From: Bacteroidales bacterium
Lineage (GTDB): Bacteria; Bacteroidota; Bacteroidia; Bacteroidales; UBA12077
Reading direction: 5' to 3'
Assembly (NCBI GenBank): GCA_050179935.1
Contig: JBFXEQ010000004.1
Location: 28,432 to 92,431 of the forward strand
DNA length: 64,000 bases
A model generated the notes under the pieces. It saw only the letters and a program-made list of their open reading frames with translations. It was not told the origin of the DNA and did no database searches. Below, in pieces: positions 28,719 through 38,269 of this stretch (its first letter is position 1; each line of letters starts with the position of its first letter). A program made the position numbers and the translations under genes.

Positions 28719-30122
28719 ATGACTGAAGCTATAAAAAAGACTCTACGAGACTCTACCTTTGCCCGATGGATTGCATTATTGTTGATCTCATCAACGATGT
28801 TTTTTGCATACTTCTTTGTTGATGTGGTTGCTCCACTTCAGACTTTAATGGAAACTGACTACCATTGGACACCAGAAGTATATGGAATGTTGGGCGGTTC
28901 GGAGTTTTTCTTAAATGTTTTTGCATTATTCTTAATCTTATCGGGTATAATCCTTGATAAAATGGGAATCCGTTTTACATTAATAACTGCCGGTTTAACA
29001 ATGGTTACCGGAGCTGCTCTTAAATTTTATGCATTAACACCAGGATTTGTTGAAACAGGTCTCTCAACCTGGCTTAATTCATTCTGGATTTCAGTACCAT
29101 CAACAGCAAAATTAGCATTTGTAGGTTTCGCCATTTTTGGTATTGGAGTTGAAATGGCTGGTATTACCGTTTCAAAAACGATCGTTAAATGGTTTAAAGG
29201 TAAAGAAATGGCCTTAGCAATGGGTCTTGAAATGGCCGTTGCTCGTTTAGGTGTTTTTGCCGTATTCCAATTAAGCCCAATATTTGCTGAAAGAGGCGGA
29301 GTTTCAAACTCTGTACTTTGGGGATTAGTTTTCTTATGCATTGGTTTTATCACTTTCTTCATTTATACCTTTATGGATGTTGCACTAGATAAACAAACTG
29401 GTGATGACGTAAAAATCACTTCGCCCGAAGATGAATTTAAGGTTAGCGATTTGAAGAAAATATTTACAAACCCAGGATTTTTAACTATCGCAGGTCTTTG
29501 TGTATTATTTTATTCGGCAATATTTCCATTCCAGAAATTTGCAACTGATATGTTGGCTTCGAAATTAAGTGTTGATCTAAAAATAGCGGCTAAATACGTT
29601 TCATTATTCCCAATTGGAGCAATGGTGCTGACTCCTTTTATTGGTTTCTTTTTAGATAAAAAAGGATTAGGCGCTTCGATGATGATGTACGGTGCCATTT
29701 TATTAACCATATCGCATTTGATTTTTGCATTGGTACCGACCGATGTATTCAATGTACCTATTGCTATTGGAACAATCGTAATATTAGGAACTGCATTTTC
29801 CTTGGTTCCAGCATCGATGTGGCCATCGTTACCAAAAATTGTTGAAGAACGATACCTTGGATCTGCGTATGGATCAATATTCTGGATTCAAAATATTGGG
29901 TTAATGTTAGTGCCATTTTTAATTGGATGGTCAATTACTGCTGCTAATCCTGGCGTATCAGAACTTATCGCTGCAAAAGTTGAAGGAGCAAAATACAACT
30001 ATATGGTTCCTGAACTTATTTTTGCCGGATTTGGTGTTCTTGCTATAATATTAAGCATTGCTCTTAAAATGGTAGATAAGAAAAAAGGATACGGACTCGA
30101 TATTCCAAATATTAAAAAATAA
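28719..30122 (+). CDS. MFS transporter (paralogue 1)
   Basis: 467 aa, about 12 TM. VSKTIVKWFKGKEMALAMGL aligns with the same segment of the next gene. Confidence 0.75.
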   Translation: MTEAIKKTLRDSTFARWIALLLISSTMFFAYFFVDVVAPLQTLMETDYHWTPEVYGMLGGSEFFLNVFALFLILSGIILDKMGIRFTLITAGLTMVTGAALKFYALTPGFVETGLSTWLNSFWISVPSTAKLAFVGFAIFGIGVEMAGITVSKTIVKWFKGKEMALAMGLEMAVARLGVFAVFQLSPIFAERGGVSNSVLWGLVFLCIGFITFFIYTFMDVALDKQTGDDVKITSPEDEFKVSDLKKIFTNPGFLTIAGLCVLFYSAIFPFQKFATDMLASKLSVDLKIAAKYVSLFPIGAMVLTPFIGFFLDKKGLGASMMMYGAILLTISHLIFALVPTDVFNVPIAIGTIVILGTAFSLVPASMWPSLPKIVEERYLGSAYGSIFWIQNIGLMLVPFLIGWSITAANPGVSELIAAKVEGAKYNYMVPELIFAGFGVLAIILSIALKMVDKKKGYGLDIPNIKK

Positions 30123-30144
30123 GTTTTATATTTTTATAAAAAAG

Positions 30145-30185
30145 GGCTGTTCTCCTGATAACTTTCGGGAGAGCAGCCTTTTTTA
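30145..30185 (+). terminator. rho-independent terminator
   Basis: GGCTGTTCTCC-loop-GGAGAGCAGCC (one G.U pair) followed by a T-run. Confidence 0.65.
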
Positions 30186-30221
30186 TTTTTTATTTGTATC
30201 ATTGTGGTTTAACATCAACCC

Positions 30222-31580
30222 ATGGAAAAATTGCAAAAAAACATCAACGAATCTCCCTATATGCGATGGGGTATATTAATTCTTGTAGGATTAATACTCT
30301 CAGTTAATTATTATTTTTACGATGCTTTTTCGACATTAAAAGTTTTACTAAAACAAGAGTTCAATTTTTCAAATACACAATATGGTTTATTTGTAGCATT
30401 TTATTCTATTCCGAATACCTTCCTGTTTATGGCCGTTATTGGCGGAATTATTCTCGATAAATTAGGTATTCGCCGAACAGGATTTATGTTTGTATTTTTT
30501 ATGGCGTTTGGTGCTGTGCTTACTGCTTATGGAGCTTCAAAATATTACCAGCATGGTGGTATTGGTAACCAGTTTATGAGTTCATTTTTAACTAACTATT
30601 CTCCTGAACTAAAAATGATGTTGCTTGGTCGATTCTTTTTTGGATTAGGAGCTGAAACAAGTATTGTTGTCGTAAGCAAAATATTAGTTAAATGGTTTAA
30701 AGGCAAAGATCTTGCATTGGCTTTTGGCTTAAAAGTTGGCTTTGGCCGGTTAGGAACTTTTGCTGCATTAAATATTTCGCCGGTTTTGGCAGGCAATGGC
30801 GAAGGATTAAATATTGCCATTTGGTTTGCTGCAATTCTTGTTTGTATTGGATTATTAGCCTTTTTAGTGTATATGCTTTTTGATTTAAAAATTGATAAGA
30901 ACTTAGAAAAAACAAGTTTGTTAACCGAAAAAGACAGATTTAAATTAAGTGATATTGGAGGACTGCTTACAAACCGCTCCTATCTGTTTATTGCATTACT
31001 TTGTGTAACATTTTATTCGGCAGTATTTCCATTTGTAGCTTTTGCACCCGACTTTTTTGCCAATAAGTTTGGGATGTCAACTATTCAGAGCGGGCAGATA
31101 ACCTCCTTATTGCCATTAGGCACCATGATTTTTACACCGATTTTTGGCTTTTTTATTGATCGGGTGGGCAAAAGCGCAAGCGTAATGATGTTTGGCTCAT
31201 CAGTTTTATTGCTGGTGCATTTAAGTTTTGCACTTACAACTATTCCACCCTATTTCCCCATGATTTTGTTAGGAATAGCTTTTTCGTTGGTTCCTGCTGC
31301 CATGTGGCCATCAATGGTAAAGCTGGTACCCGAAAAACAAATCGGAACAGCCTACGGACTCATGTATTCTATCCAAAACCTCGGTCTTTGGGGATTTCCT
31401 ATTCTGGCAGGTATTATCCTCGATAAAACCAATACAGGCAATCCGGCAATACTAAATTACACCTATACCATATTACTTTTTGCGTTCCTCGGTTTGTTGG
31501 GAGTAATATTTGGGCTTATGCTAAAATACAACGATAAAAAGTATAATCTGGGAATAGATAGAGCACTAAATAAGATGTAA
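30222..31580 (+). CDS. MFS transporter (paralogue 2)
   Basis: 452 aa. VSKILVKWFKGKDLALAFGL. Collinear similarity with 28719-30122. Confidence 0.75.
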   Translation: MEKLQKNINESPYMRWGILILVGLILSVNYYFYDAFSTLKVLLKQEFNFSNTQYGLFVAFYSIPNTFLFMAVIGGIILDKLGIRRTGFMFVFFMAFGAVLTAYGASKYYQHGGIGNQFMSSFLTNYSPELKMMLLGRFFFGLGAETSIVVVSKILVKWFKGKDLALAFGLKVGFGRLGTFAALNISPVLAGNGEGLNIAIWFAAILVCIGLLAFLVYMLFDLKIDKNLEKTSLLTEKDRFKLSDIGGLLTNRSYLFIALLCVTFYSAVFPFVAFAPDFFANKFGMSTIQSGQITSLLPLGTMIFTPIFGFFIDRVGKSASVMMFGSSVLLLVHLSFALTTIPPYFPMILLGIAFSLVPAAMWPSMVKLVPEKQIGTAYGLMYSIQNLGLWGFPILAGIILDKTNTGNPAILNYTYTILLFAFLGLLGVIFGLMLKYNDKKYNLGIDRALNKM

Positions 31581-31637
31581 CTCAAAAACCCGTTTAATAA
31601 ATAGGATAGTCATAACTAAAAACTCCTGTATTTTTTA

Positions 31638-32019
31638 ACACAAGGGCTTTACCTTGTAGCGAGAGCGAGAATTACAGCAGCATGCTGCTGTGATTCTGTG
31701 AAAGAAAAACTAACAAAGCAAAGCTCATCTCGCTTCGCTTTATCATAGGTCTTTCTGTTTTTCATATCCTCAAGCAAGCTTGGGATATTCAAAACAAAAA
31801 GCCCCTGTGCTTGCAGCACAAGAGCTTTGCTTTGTAGCGAGAGCGAGAATTACTTCGTGATTATCAAATGGAATGCTTTACAAGGTAAAGCCCGAACCGT
31901 AAAACGGTTTGGCGTTCTTTTATTTTTACCAAATCCCATAGCAAGCTTGGAATTTGGTAAAAATAAAAGCCCCTGTGCTTTCAGCACAAGGGCTTTACCT
32001 TGTAGCGAGAGCGAGAATT
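31638..32019 (-). repeat. three direct copies (about 170-bp period) of the tRNA 3' end plus its downstream hairpin
   Basis: TAGCGAGAGCGAGAATT occurs at 31657-31673, 31835-31851 and 32003-32019; the last is the real tRNA 3' end. Each copy is preceded by CACAAG(G/A)GCTTT(A/G)C(C/T)TTG. An inverted fragment GCTTTACAAGGTAAAGCCC lies near 31876. An 18-nt perfect palindrome ACAGCAGCATGCTGCTGT lies at 31674-31691. Confidence 0.7.
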
Positions 32020-32076
32020 GAACTCGCGACCTCATGATTATGAATCATGCGCTCTAACCATCTGAGCTACCTCGCC
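32003..32076 (-). tRNA. tRNA with CAU anticodon (elongator Met or lysidine-type Ile2; not initiator)
   Basis: The 74-nt reverse complement folds by hand as GGCGAGG TA GCTC AGATGGTTA GAGC G CATGA TTCATAA TCATG AGGTC GCGAG TTCAATT CTCGC TCTCGCT A. The anticodon stem lacks the three G-C pairs of initiators. The acceptor stem has G.U pairs at 1:72 and 7:66. CCA is not encoded. Confidence 0.8.
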
Positions 32077-32240
32077 ATTTTATTGTTAAGAACTTAATTC
32101 TATCTATCCATTCTTGCGCTCTAACCTCCCGATAGCTATCGGGATGAGCTACCTCGCCATTTTATTGTTAAGAACTTAATTCTATCTATCCATTTTTGCG
32201 CTCTAACCTCCCGATAGCCATCGGGATGAGCTACCTCGCC
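32049..32240 (-). repeat. tandem copies of the tRNA 5' region plus upstream spacer; the two extra copies carry an 18-nt palindromic insertion in the D-loop
   Basis: GCGCTCTAACC...GAGCTACCTCGCC occurs at 32049-32076 (real tRNA), 32116-32158 and 32198-32240. The extra copies read GGCGAGGTAGCTCA-TCCCGAT(A/G)GCTATCGGGA-GGTTAGAGCGC on the minus strand. The spacers are nearly identical (ATTTTATTGTTAAGAACTTAATTCTATCTATCCATT). Confidence 0.7.
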
Positions 32241-32385
32241 AAAATATATTTATTTTAAGAACTTTCAACTATCCTTTCGGGCTGCAAATATAAAATATTT
32301 TGCTTTATCTTGTTAACAGAAATTAAAAAAATCTGATTTTTTTACATATATTGCAGAATATGATGAAAATAAATGATTAAAAAGA

Positions 32386-32763
32386 ATGAAAAAGAAATTT
32401 GAGCTTGAATTTACACTTAATGCATCACCAAAAATAGTTTTTCCCCGATTATCAACACCTAGTGGTTTAGCTGAATGGTTTGCCGATGATATTAATATTG
32501 ATGGTAATATTTTTACATTTAAGTGGGACCAAAGCGAGCAGCAAGCAGAGTTGGTTTCTAAAAAAGAAAATTCCTCTGTTCGGTTTAAGTGGGTAAATGA
32601 TGACCAAAATGATTATTATTTTGAATTTAAAATACATCAGGATGAGTTAACTAACGAAGTTGCTTTAATTATTACCGACTTTGCCGATGATAACGAGAAG
32701 GATGATGTTATTGAGCTATGGAATTCTCAAATAGCAGACTTAAAAAGAACATTAGGAATCTAA
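32386..32763 (+). CDS. START/AHSA1-like (SRPBCC) small protein
   Basis: 125 aa. N-terminal pattern LNASPKIVFPRLSTPSGLAEWF is typical of the SRPBCC fold. Assigned from memory only. Confidence 0.5.
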   Translation: MKKKFELEFTLNASPKIVFPRLSTPSGLAEWFADDINIDGNIFTFKWDQSEQQAELVSKKENSSVRFKWVNDDQNDYYFEFKIHQDELTNEVALIITDFADDNEKDDVIELWNSQIADLKRTLGI

Positions 32764-32840
32764 TCTATTTTTACAATTCATAAAATCCTTTACACAAAAT
32801 AACTTATTTTTGTAATCGTTTTACAATAAAACTATAACCA

Positions 32841-34508
32841 TTGAAACGCTTACACCGATTTCTTTTAGAATCTTATCTTGGCCCGCTGGTCATGACATTT
32901 TTTATTTCACTGTTTATACTGCTTATGCAGTTTCTTTGGAAAATGATTGACGATCTAGCAGGAAAAGGATTAGATTGGACCGTTATTGCCGAATTAATTG
33001 TTTATGCTTCGGCCAGGTTAGTTCCCATGGCGCTTCCTTTAGCTGTTTTGTTATCATCAATTATGACCTTCGGAAACCTGGGTGAAAACTTTGAACTAAC
33101 TGCTATTAAATCTGCCGGTATATCGTTACAACGATTTATGGCACCGCTTATCTACCTTATTATTGCTGTTAGTATTGCAGCATTTTACTATTCCGATTAT
33201 ATTATACCTTACACCAATCTCAAAGCAGGTGCCCTTATTTACGATGTTAAGCATCAAAGACCCGAATTGCAAATAAATGAAGGTATTTTTTATAATGGCA
33301 TTGAAGGATATAGCATAAAAATCGGAAAGAAAAACCATAAAACAAACCTGCTTCAACATATAATGGTTTATGATCATACCAATGGTAAAGAAAATGTGCA
33401 GGTTACAGTTGCCGATTCAGGCTATATGCGAATGACAGCCGATGAAACAAATATTATTCTTACTCTTTATCATGGATCGACATATGAAGAGGTGGATGAA
33501 CCAAGAAAAGACAGACGTAAATCAGATAAAAAATACCCTCATCAACGATACTATTTCGACGAACAAACTGTAATTTTTGAGTTATTGGGATTGGATTTTA
33601 ACCGCTCCGACGAAGATCTTTTTAAGGATAATTACCAGATGTTAAATATCTCTCAGCTTGTGTATTTTGAAGACTCTTTAAAAAAGGAATATGCTGAGAT
33701 TGTTAAAGATTTCTCTAAAACACTCTCAGACAATAATTATTTTAAACGCGAAGAGAATATTAAAAAAGAAATAGAAAAACAGAAGAAAAAGAAGCATAAA
33801 GCAATTAATGAAGAGGGTGTGTCTATTAAAATCAATGATCCAGTTAAACTTAAAAAATATCGGAGTGAGAAGAATAGTAAACTGTTGAGCAAAACTAAAA
33901 TAGAAAAAAACACTCTTAAGGCAGAAATAGATAGTATAAGCGATACTTTACAAAGTAAAAAACCTGTTAAATTAGTACTTACCGATTCGGTTATAAATAA
34001 AGATTTTTATATTGATTCGGCATTTAACAACCTAACTATTTCCGAAAAAAATGAGGCTATTGGTTATGCCTTAACCTATGCCCGGGCAGCTCAAGGCTCA
34101 GTTGAAGATTCGAAAAAACATTTTAACTACAAGCAGGATCGTATACGACGACATCAGATAGAATGGCACCGTAAGTTTGCTTTATCTTTTGCCTGTTTTG
34201 TATTCTTTTTTATAGGAGCGCCACTAGGAGCAATTGTTCGTAAAGGTGGTTTTGGAACTCCTGTTGTTATTTCTATATTCCTTTTTATTTTTTATTATAT
34301 ATTATCCATCTCGGGTGAGAAATTTGTTCGCGAAGGCGTACTTCCGGCCTACATTGGAATGTGGATTTCGTCGTTTGTTTTAATGCCTCTGGGTATATTT
34401 TTAACCTATAAGGCAACAACTGATTCAGTTATTCTGAATGCCGACACATACTTTACAGGGATTAAAAAACTTGTTGCTCGATTTTCGAAAAAAAAGTCAG
34501 ACACTTAG
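32841..34508 (+). CDS. LptF/LptG (YjgP/YjgQ) family LPS export permease with enlarged periplasmic/linker region
   Basis: 555 aa. TTG start gives the family-typical N-terminus MKRLHRFLLESYLGPLVMTFF. Three N-terminal and three C-terminal TM helices. About 320 aa lie between TM3 and TM4, including a Lys/Glu-rich tract. Confidence 0.75.
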   Translation: MKRLHRFLLESYLGPLVMTFFISLFILLMQFLWKMIDDLAGKGLDWTVIAELIVYASARLVPMALPLAVLLSSIMTFGNLGENFELTAIKSAGISLQRFMAPLIYLIIAVSIAAFYYSDYIIPYTNLKAGALIYDVKHQRPELQINEGIFYNGIEGYSIKIGKKNHKTNLLQHIMVYDHTNGKENVQVTVADSGYMRMTADETNIILTLYHGSTYEEVDEPRKDRRKSDKKYPHQRYYFDEQTVIFELLGLDFNRSDEDLFKDNYQMLNISQLVYFEDSLKKEYAEIVKDFSKTLSDNNYFKREENIKKEIEKQKKKKHKAINEEGVSIKINDPVKLKKYRSEKNSKLLSKTKIEKNTLKAEIDSISDTLQSKKPVKLVLTDSVINKDFYIDSAFNNLTISEKNEAIGYALTYARAAQGSVEDSKKHFNYKQDRIRRHQIEWHRKFALSFACFVFFFIGAPLGAIVRKGGFGTPVVISIFLFIFYYILSISGEKFVREGVLPAYIGMWISSFVLMPLGIFLTYKATTDSVILNADTYFTGIKKLVARFSKKKSDT

Positions 34509-34517
34509 TGCTTGCTG

Positions 34518-35723
34518 ATGAATATTCTGATTATATCAAATAAGGCAGTTTATCCGAGAGATGGTGGCAATTTGGCTATGTTAAGCCTGGCTCAGGGTTA
34601 TGCTAAAAAAGGGCATCATGTGTTTATCTTAAATATGATTACACACAAACATACCAATAGACCTGAGGATATTTCAGCTTTAAAAAAACAACAAATTGAT
34701 ATAACAGGCGTAAGTGTTGATACTCATATTTCAATTTATAAATTGGTTAAAAATCTTTTTTTCTCAACCAGACCATATAATCTTGAGCGATTTATTTCAA
34801 CAGCATTTTCTGAAAAAATTACTCACCTAATAAAAAATAGGCAGTTTGATTTTATTCAGCTCGAAAGCCTTTATACGCTACCTTATATCAATATTATCAG
34901 AAAAAATTATGCGGGTAAAATAGTTTATCGGTCACATAACATTGAATATATTATATGGAAAGAAAATGCATCGTATTCGCAATCTTATCTAAAGAAATTG
35001 TATTTTAACCTGTTATCGAAGAGATTGAAAAAATTCGAACAATCGCAAATAGATAACTATGATTTGATACTTCCAATTTCGCATACAGATGGATTGTACT
35101 ATAAACAATTTAAAAATAATAAGCCCTTATTAATAACTCCATTTGGATTAGATTCTGAGTTTTATTCTAATTTAAATTTTCCCCAAAAGAACAACGAACA
35201 TCAACCCACCTTGCTATTTTTAGGATCATTGGATTGGATTCCAAACCAGATAGGATTAGGCTGGTTTATAAAAGATGTATTACCAAAAATTCAAAACAAA
35301 ATACCAGAAATCAGTTTAAAAGTAGCTGGCCGAAACGCCCCACCCTGGCTAATAAAAAAACTATCTAAAAACAATGTACACTATTATGGAGCAATTGAAA
35401 ATGCGTTAGAATTTTTATTTTTAAATGGACTTGTAATTGTTCCTTTATTCGCAGGTAGTGGCATGAGAGTTAAAATTATTGAAGCAATGGCACTGGGCAA
35501 AACAATTATCTCAACACCTAAAGGTGCCGAAGGAATAAAAGTAAATTCGAACGAAATAATAATTGCCGAAAATGCTATTCAGTTTACCGAAAGCATTGTA
35601 GATCTTATTAATAACAAAGAAAAACAAATTGAAATAGGTAAATTTGCAAAGCAACGTATTAAAACAGATTATAATTCAGATACAATAGCTGAAAAAACCT
35701 TGCAATTTATATCTCAACATTAA
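34518..35723 (+). CDS. GT4-family (GT-B) glycosyltransferase
   Basis: C-terminal donor-binding region GSGMRVKIIEAMALGKTIISTPKGAEG. Start taken at the ATG at 34518, 10 nt after the LptF/G stop. Confidence 0.75.
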   Translation: MNILIISNKAVYPRDGGNLAMLSLAQGYAKKGHHVFILNMITHKHTNRPEDISALKKQQIDITGVSVDTHISIYKLVKNLFFSTRPYNLERFISTAFSEKITHLIKNRQFDFIQLESLYTLPYINIIRKNYAGKIVYRSHNIEYIIWKENASYSQSYLKKLYFNLLSKRLKKFEQSQIDNYDLILPISHTDGLYYKQFKNNKPLLITPFGLDSEFYSNLNFPQKNNEHQPTLLFLGSLDWIPNQIGLGWFIKDVLPKIQNKIPEISLKVAGRNAPPWLIKKLSKNNVHYYGAIENALEFLFLNGLVIVPLFAGSGMRVKIIEAMALGKTIISTPKGAEGIKVNSNEIIIAENAIQFTESIVDLINNKEKQIEIGKFAKQRIKTDYNSDTIAEKTLQFISQH

Positions 35724-35724
35724 T

Positions 35725-36891
35725 ATGGAAATTCTTTTCATTATACTTGTTATAATCCTTGTGTATTCTTATGTTGGATATCCATTGTTTATGTTTATTT
35801 TATCAACTCTCAAAAAGGCTTTTTGCAAAATTAACATAAACAAAATTAACTTTGAACCACATGTAACTGTTTTTGTTTCAGCTTATAACGAAATCGACAT
35901 AGTACATCAAAAAATTGCAAATTCATTTGAGTTAAATTACCCAAAAGATAAACTGCACTTTGTTTGGATAACTGATGGATCGACTGATGGTACAGAGATA
36001 GAGTTAAAAAAACATCCTGAAATTACGGTTTATCATGAAAAAGAAAGAAAAGGGAAGATAAATGCAATAAACAGAGGAATGAAGTTTATCGAAACTCCTC
36101 TTGTATTATTCTCGGATGCAAACTCAATGCTCAATAAAGATTGTATAAACGCAATAGTAGCTGAATTTAATGATGAAAAAACAGGTTGTGTGGCAGGCGA
36201 AAAAAGGATTATTCCCTTTGTAAAGGATAATGCGGTTAATTCTGGCGAAAGTTTGTACTGGAAATATGAATCGTTAATAAAAAGATGCGAATCGAACGTA
36301 AACTCTGCTATTGGAGCTGTTGGTGAGCTTTTTGCTATTCGCACAGAGTTATTTACCGAAATAGAAAACGATACCATACTTGATGATTTTGTTATATCTC
36401 TTAAAATTGCACAAAAAGGATTTAAAATAAAATATACCTCAGGAGCCTTCGCCGAGGAAAGAGCTTCAGAAAATATCAACGAAGAACTAAAACGCAAAAA
36501 AAGAATTGGATTTGGGGCTTTTCAAACTCTGTTCAGATTAAAAGAATTGATGAATCCCTTTCTAAATCCCTTATTAACTTTCCAGTATATTTCGCACAAA
36601 GTAATTCGATGGACAATTATTCCATTCTCATTACCGATAATAGCTCTTTTAAATATCCTTTTAGTTCTTACATCAACCCAAAATAAACTGTATATAATAC
36701 TTTTGTTACTCCAAATCCTTTTTTATTTATTAGTACTCATCGGTTTTGTTTTACAAACAAAAAAAATAAAACTAAAAATTATTTTCACCCCCTATTATAT
36801 TTTTATCATGAACTATTCATTACTGGCAGGATTTATTCGGTTTATTAAAAAAACACAGCCGGTAAATTGGGAACGTGCAAAAAGAGGTTAA
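35725..36891 (+). CDS. membrane-embedded GT2-family glycosyltransferase (synthase-like architecture)
   Basis: 388 aa. N-terminal TM, then a GT-A core with VTVFVSAYNE, DGSTDGT and FSDAN, then three or four C-terminal TM helices. Starts 2 nt after the GT4 stop. Confidence 0.75.
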   Translation: MEILFIILVIILVYSYVGYPLFMFILSTLKKAFCKININKINFEPHVTVFVSAYNEIDIVHQKIANSFELNYPKDKLHFVWITDGSTDGTEIELKKHPEITVYHEKERKGKINAINRGMKFIETPLVLFSDANSMLNKDCINAIVAEFNDEKTGCVAGEKRIIPFVKDNAVNSGESLYWKYESLIKRCESNVNSAIGAVGELFAIRTELFTEIENDTILDDFVISLKIAQKGFKIKYTSGAFAEERASENINEELKRKKRIGFGAFQTLFRLKELMNPFLNPLLTFQYISHKVIRWTIIPFSLPIIALLNILLVLTSTQNKLYIILLLLQILFYLLVLIGFVLQTKKIKLKIIFTPYYIFIMNYSLLAGFIRFIKKTQPVNWERAKRG

Positions 36892-36939
36892 AACCTATAA
36901 TTTGTGATTAATATCCTAGTTATTTATAAACTCTTATTA

Positions 36940-36947
36940 TACTTTTG
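36940..36947 (+). promoter_or_regulatory. TAnnTTTG -7 box for ribBA
   Basis: TACTTTTG, 36 nt upstream of the ATG at 36983. Confidence 0.35.
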
Positions 36948-36982
36948 CACAAGATTATTTTCCTTTTTAAAATAGTAACATC

Positions 36983-38251
36983 ATGTTGGCAAAAGATATT
37001 CCACAACAAAAGCTAAACACCATAGAAGAAGCAATTGAAGAAATTAAGGCTGGAAAAGTTTTAATTGTTGTAGATGATGAGGATCGTGAAAACGAAGGTG
37101 ATTTTGTTGTTGCAGCAGAACTTATAACTCCCGAGATTGTTAATTTTATGGCAACACATGGCCGTGGGCTAATCTGCACGCCACTTGCCGAAGATCGATG
37201 CAAAGAACTTGAGCTCGAATTGATGGTTGGAAACAATACGGCTTTGCATGCTACACCATTTACTGTTTCTGTTGATTTACTCGGACATGGATGTACAACA
37301 GGAATTTCTGCATCAGATAGAGCAAAAACAATAAAAGCTTTGGTTGATCCTGCAACTAAACCTGAGGATTTAGCTCGTCCAGGACATATTTTCCCGCTAA
37401 AAGCAAGACAAAGAGGTGTTATTCGTCGTCCGGGACATACCGAAGCAGTGGTTGACCTTACCCGTTTGGCAGGATTAAAAGCCGGTGGCGCTTTAGTTGA
37501 GATTATGAACGAAGATGGAACTATGGCCAGGTTACCTGAACTTTTTGTTATCGCTAAAAAGTTTGATCTTAAGATAATATCCATTGCTGATTTAATAAAA
37601 TACCGATTAAAAGAAGATAGTCTTATTGAACGTGGTGTAAGAGTAAAACTCCCTACTGAATATGGTAACTTCGAACTCATTCCCTATCTTCAGAAATCAA
37701 ACGGACTGGAGCATGTAGCACTAATTAAAGGAGAATGGACTCCCGATGAATCAGTTTGTGTTCGCGTACATTCATCATGTGTTACCGGTGATATTTTTGG
37801 ATCAAAACGATGCGATTGCGGACAACAACTTCATTTGGCAATGCAAAAAATTGAAAAAGCGGGTAAAGGTGTTATTTTATATATGAATCAGGAAGGAAGA
37901 GGAATTGGTTTATTTAATAAAATTAAGGCTTACAAATTGCAAGAAGAAGGAATGGATACTGTTGAAGCTAATATAGAACTTGGATTTAAGGAAGACGAAC
38001 GAGATTATGGTGTAGGCGCAAGCATTTTGCGTGATCTTGGTTTAGGTAAAATAAAATTGCTAACAAATAATCCTGTTAAGAGAAAAGGACTTGAGGCTTA
38101 TGGATTAATAGTAACAGAAAATATTCCTCTGCAAATTGAACCAAACAAACATAACAAGTTTTACCTCGAAACAAAACGAGTAAAAATGGGTCATACCCTT
38201 GAACTGGTAAAACCCATAAATCAAGAAAACCAAGAAAAGAAAAACAATTAA
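36983..38251 (+). CDS. ribBA: bifunctional 3,4-dihydroxy-2-butanone-4-phosphate synthase / GTP cyclohydrolase II
   Basis: 422 aa. [11 protein letters not shown] (RibB) and [21 protein letters not shown] (RibA zinc site). Confidence 0.9.
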   Translation: MLAKDIPQQKLNTIEEAIEEIKAGKVLIVVDDEDRENEGDFVVAAELITPEIVNFMATHGRGLICTPLAEDRCKELELELMVGNNTALHATPFTVSVDLLGHGCTTGISASDRAKTIKALVDPATKPEDLARPGHIFPLKARQRGVIRRPGHTEAVVDLTRLAGLKAGGALVEIMNEDGTMARLPELFVIAKKFDLKIISIADLIKYRLKEDSLIERGVRVKLPTEYGNFELIPYLQKSNGLEHVALIKGEWTPDESVCVRVHSSCVTGDIFGSKRCDCGQQLHLAMQKIEKAGKGVILYMNQEGRGIGLFNKIKAYKLQEEGMDTVEANIELGFKEDERDYGVGASILRDLGLGKIKLLTNNPVKRKGLEAYGLIVTENIPLQIEPNKHNKFYLETKRVKMGHTLELVKPINQENQEKKNN

Positions 38252-38269
38252 TAAAAGTGATAATCAATT

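Noticed and set aside
31827-32035. Two overlapping 61-64-aa ORFs on opposite strands next to the tRNA
   Set aside because: They are built from the tRNA-derived repeats and the terminator hairpin, and one runs into the tRNA itself. They have no coding signature.
32049-32240. Possible small CRISPR array (regular 82-bp periodicity with palindromic repeat cores)
   Set aside because: There are only three units, the spacers are nearly identical to each other, the repeats are clearly tRNA 5' fragments, and no cas genes are present.
31581-32385. Integrated mobile element or genomic island at the tRNA
   Set aside because: att-like repeats exist, but the intervals are only about 170 bp. There is no integrase, excisionase or cargo gene here or anywhere in the window.
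36033-36497. Other antisense ORFs longer than 100 aa (36033-36497, 21866-22225, 52420-52788, 51896-52231, 29027-29362, 1629-1958, 52853-53161)
   Set aside because: Each is fully embedded opposite a gene with clear family motifs and has biased, low-complexity composition. I treat them as shadow ORFs.
36892-36982. FMN riboswitch upstream of ribBA
   Set aside because: Only about 90 nt of AT-rich sequence is available. About half of it lies upstream of the likely promoter box, and no conserved FMN-element helices are visible.
36967-37680. 237-aa Ser-rich ORF antisense to ribBA
   Set aside because: It lies entirely within, and opposite to, a gene with unmistakable RibB/RibA motifs. Its low-complexity Ser/Pro/Ala composition is typical of a shadow frame.
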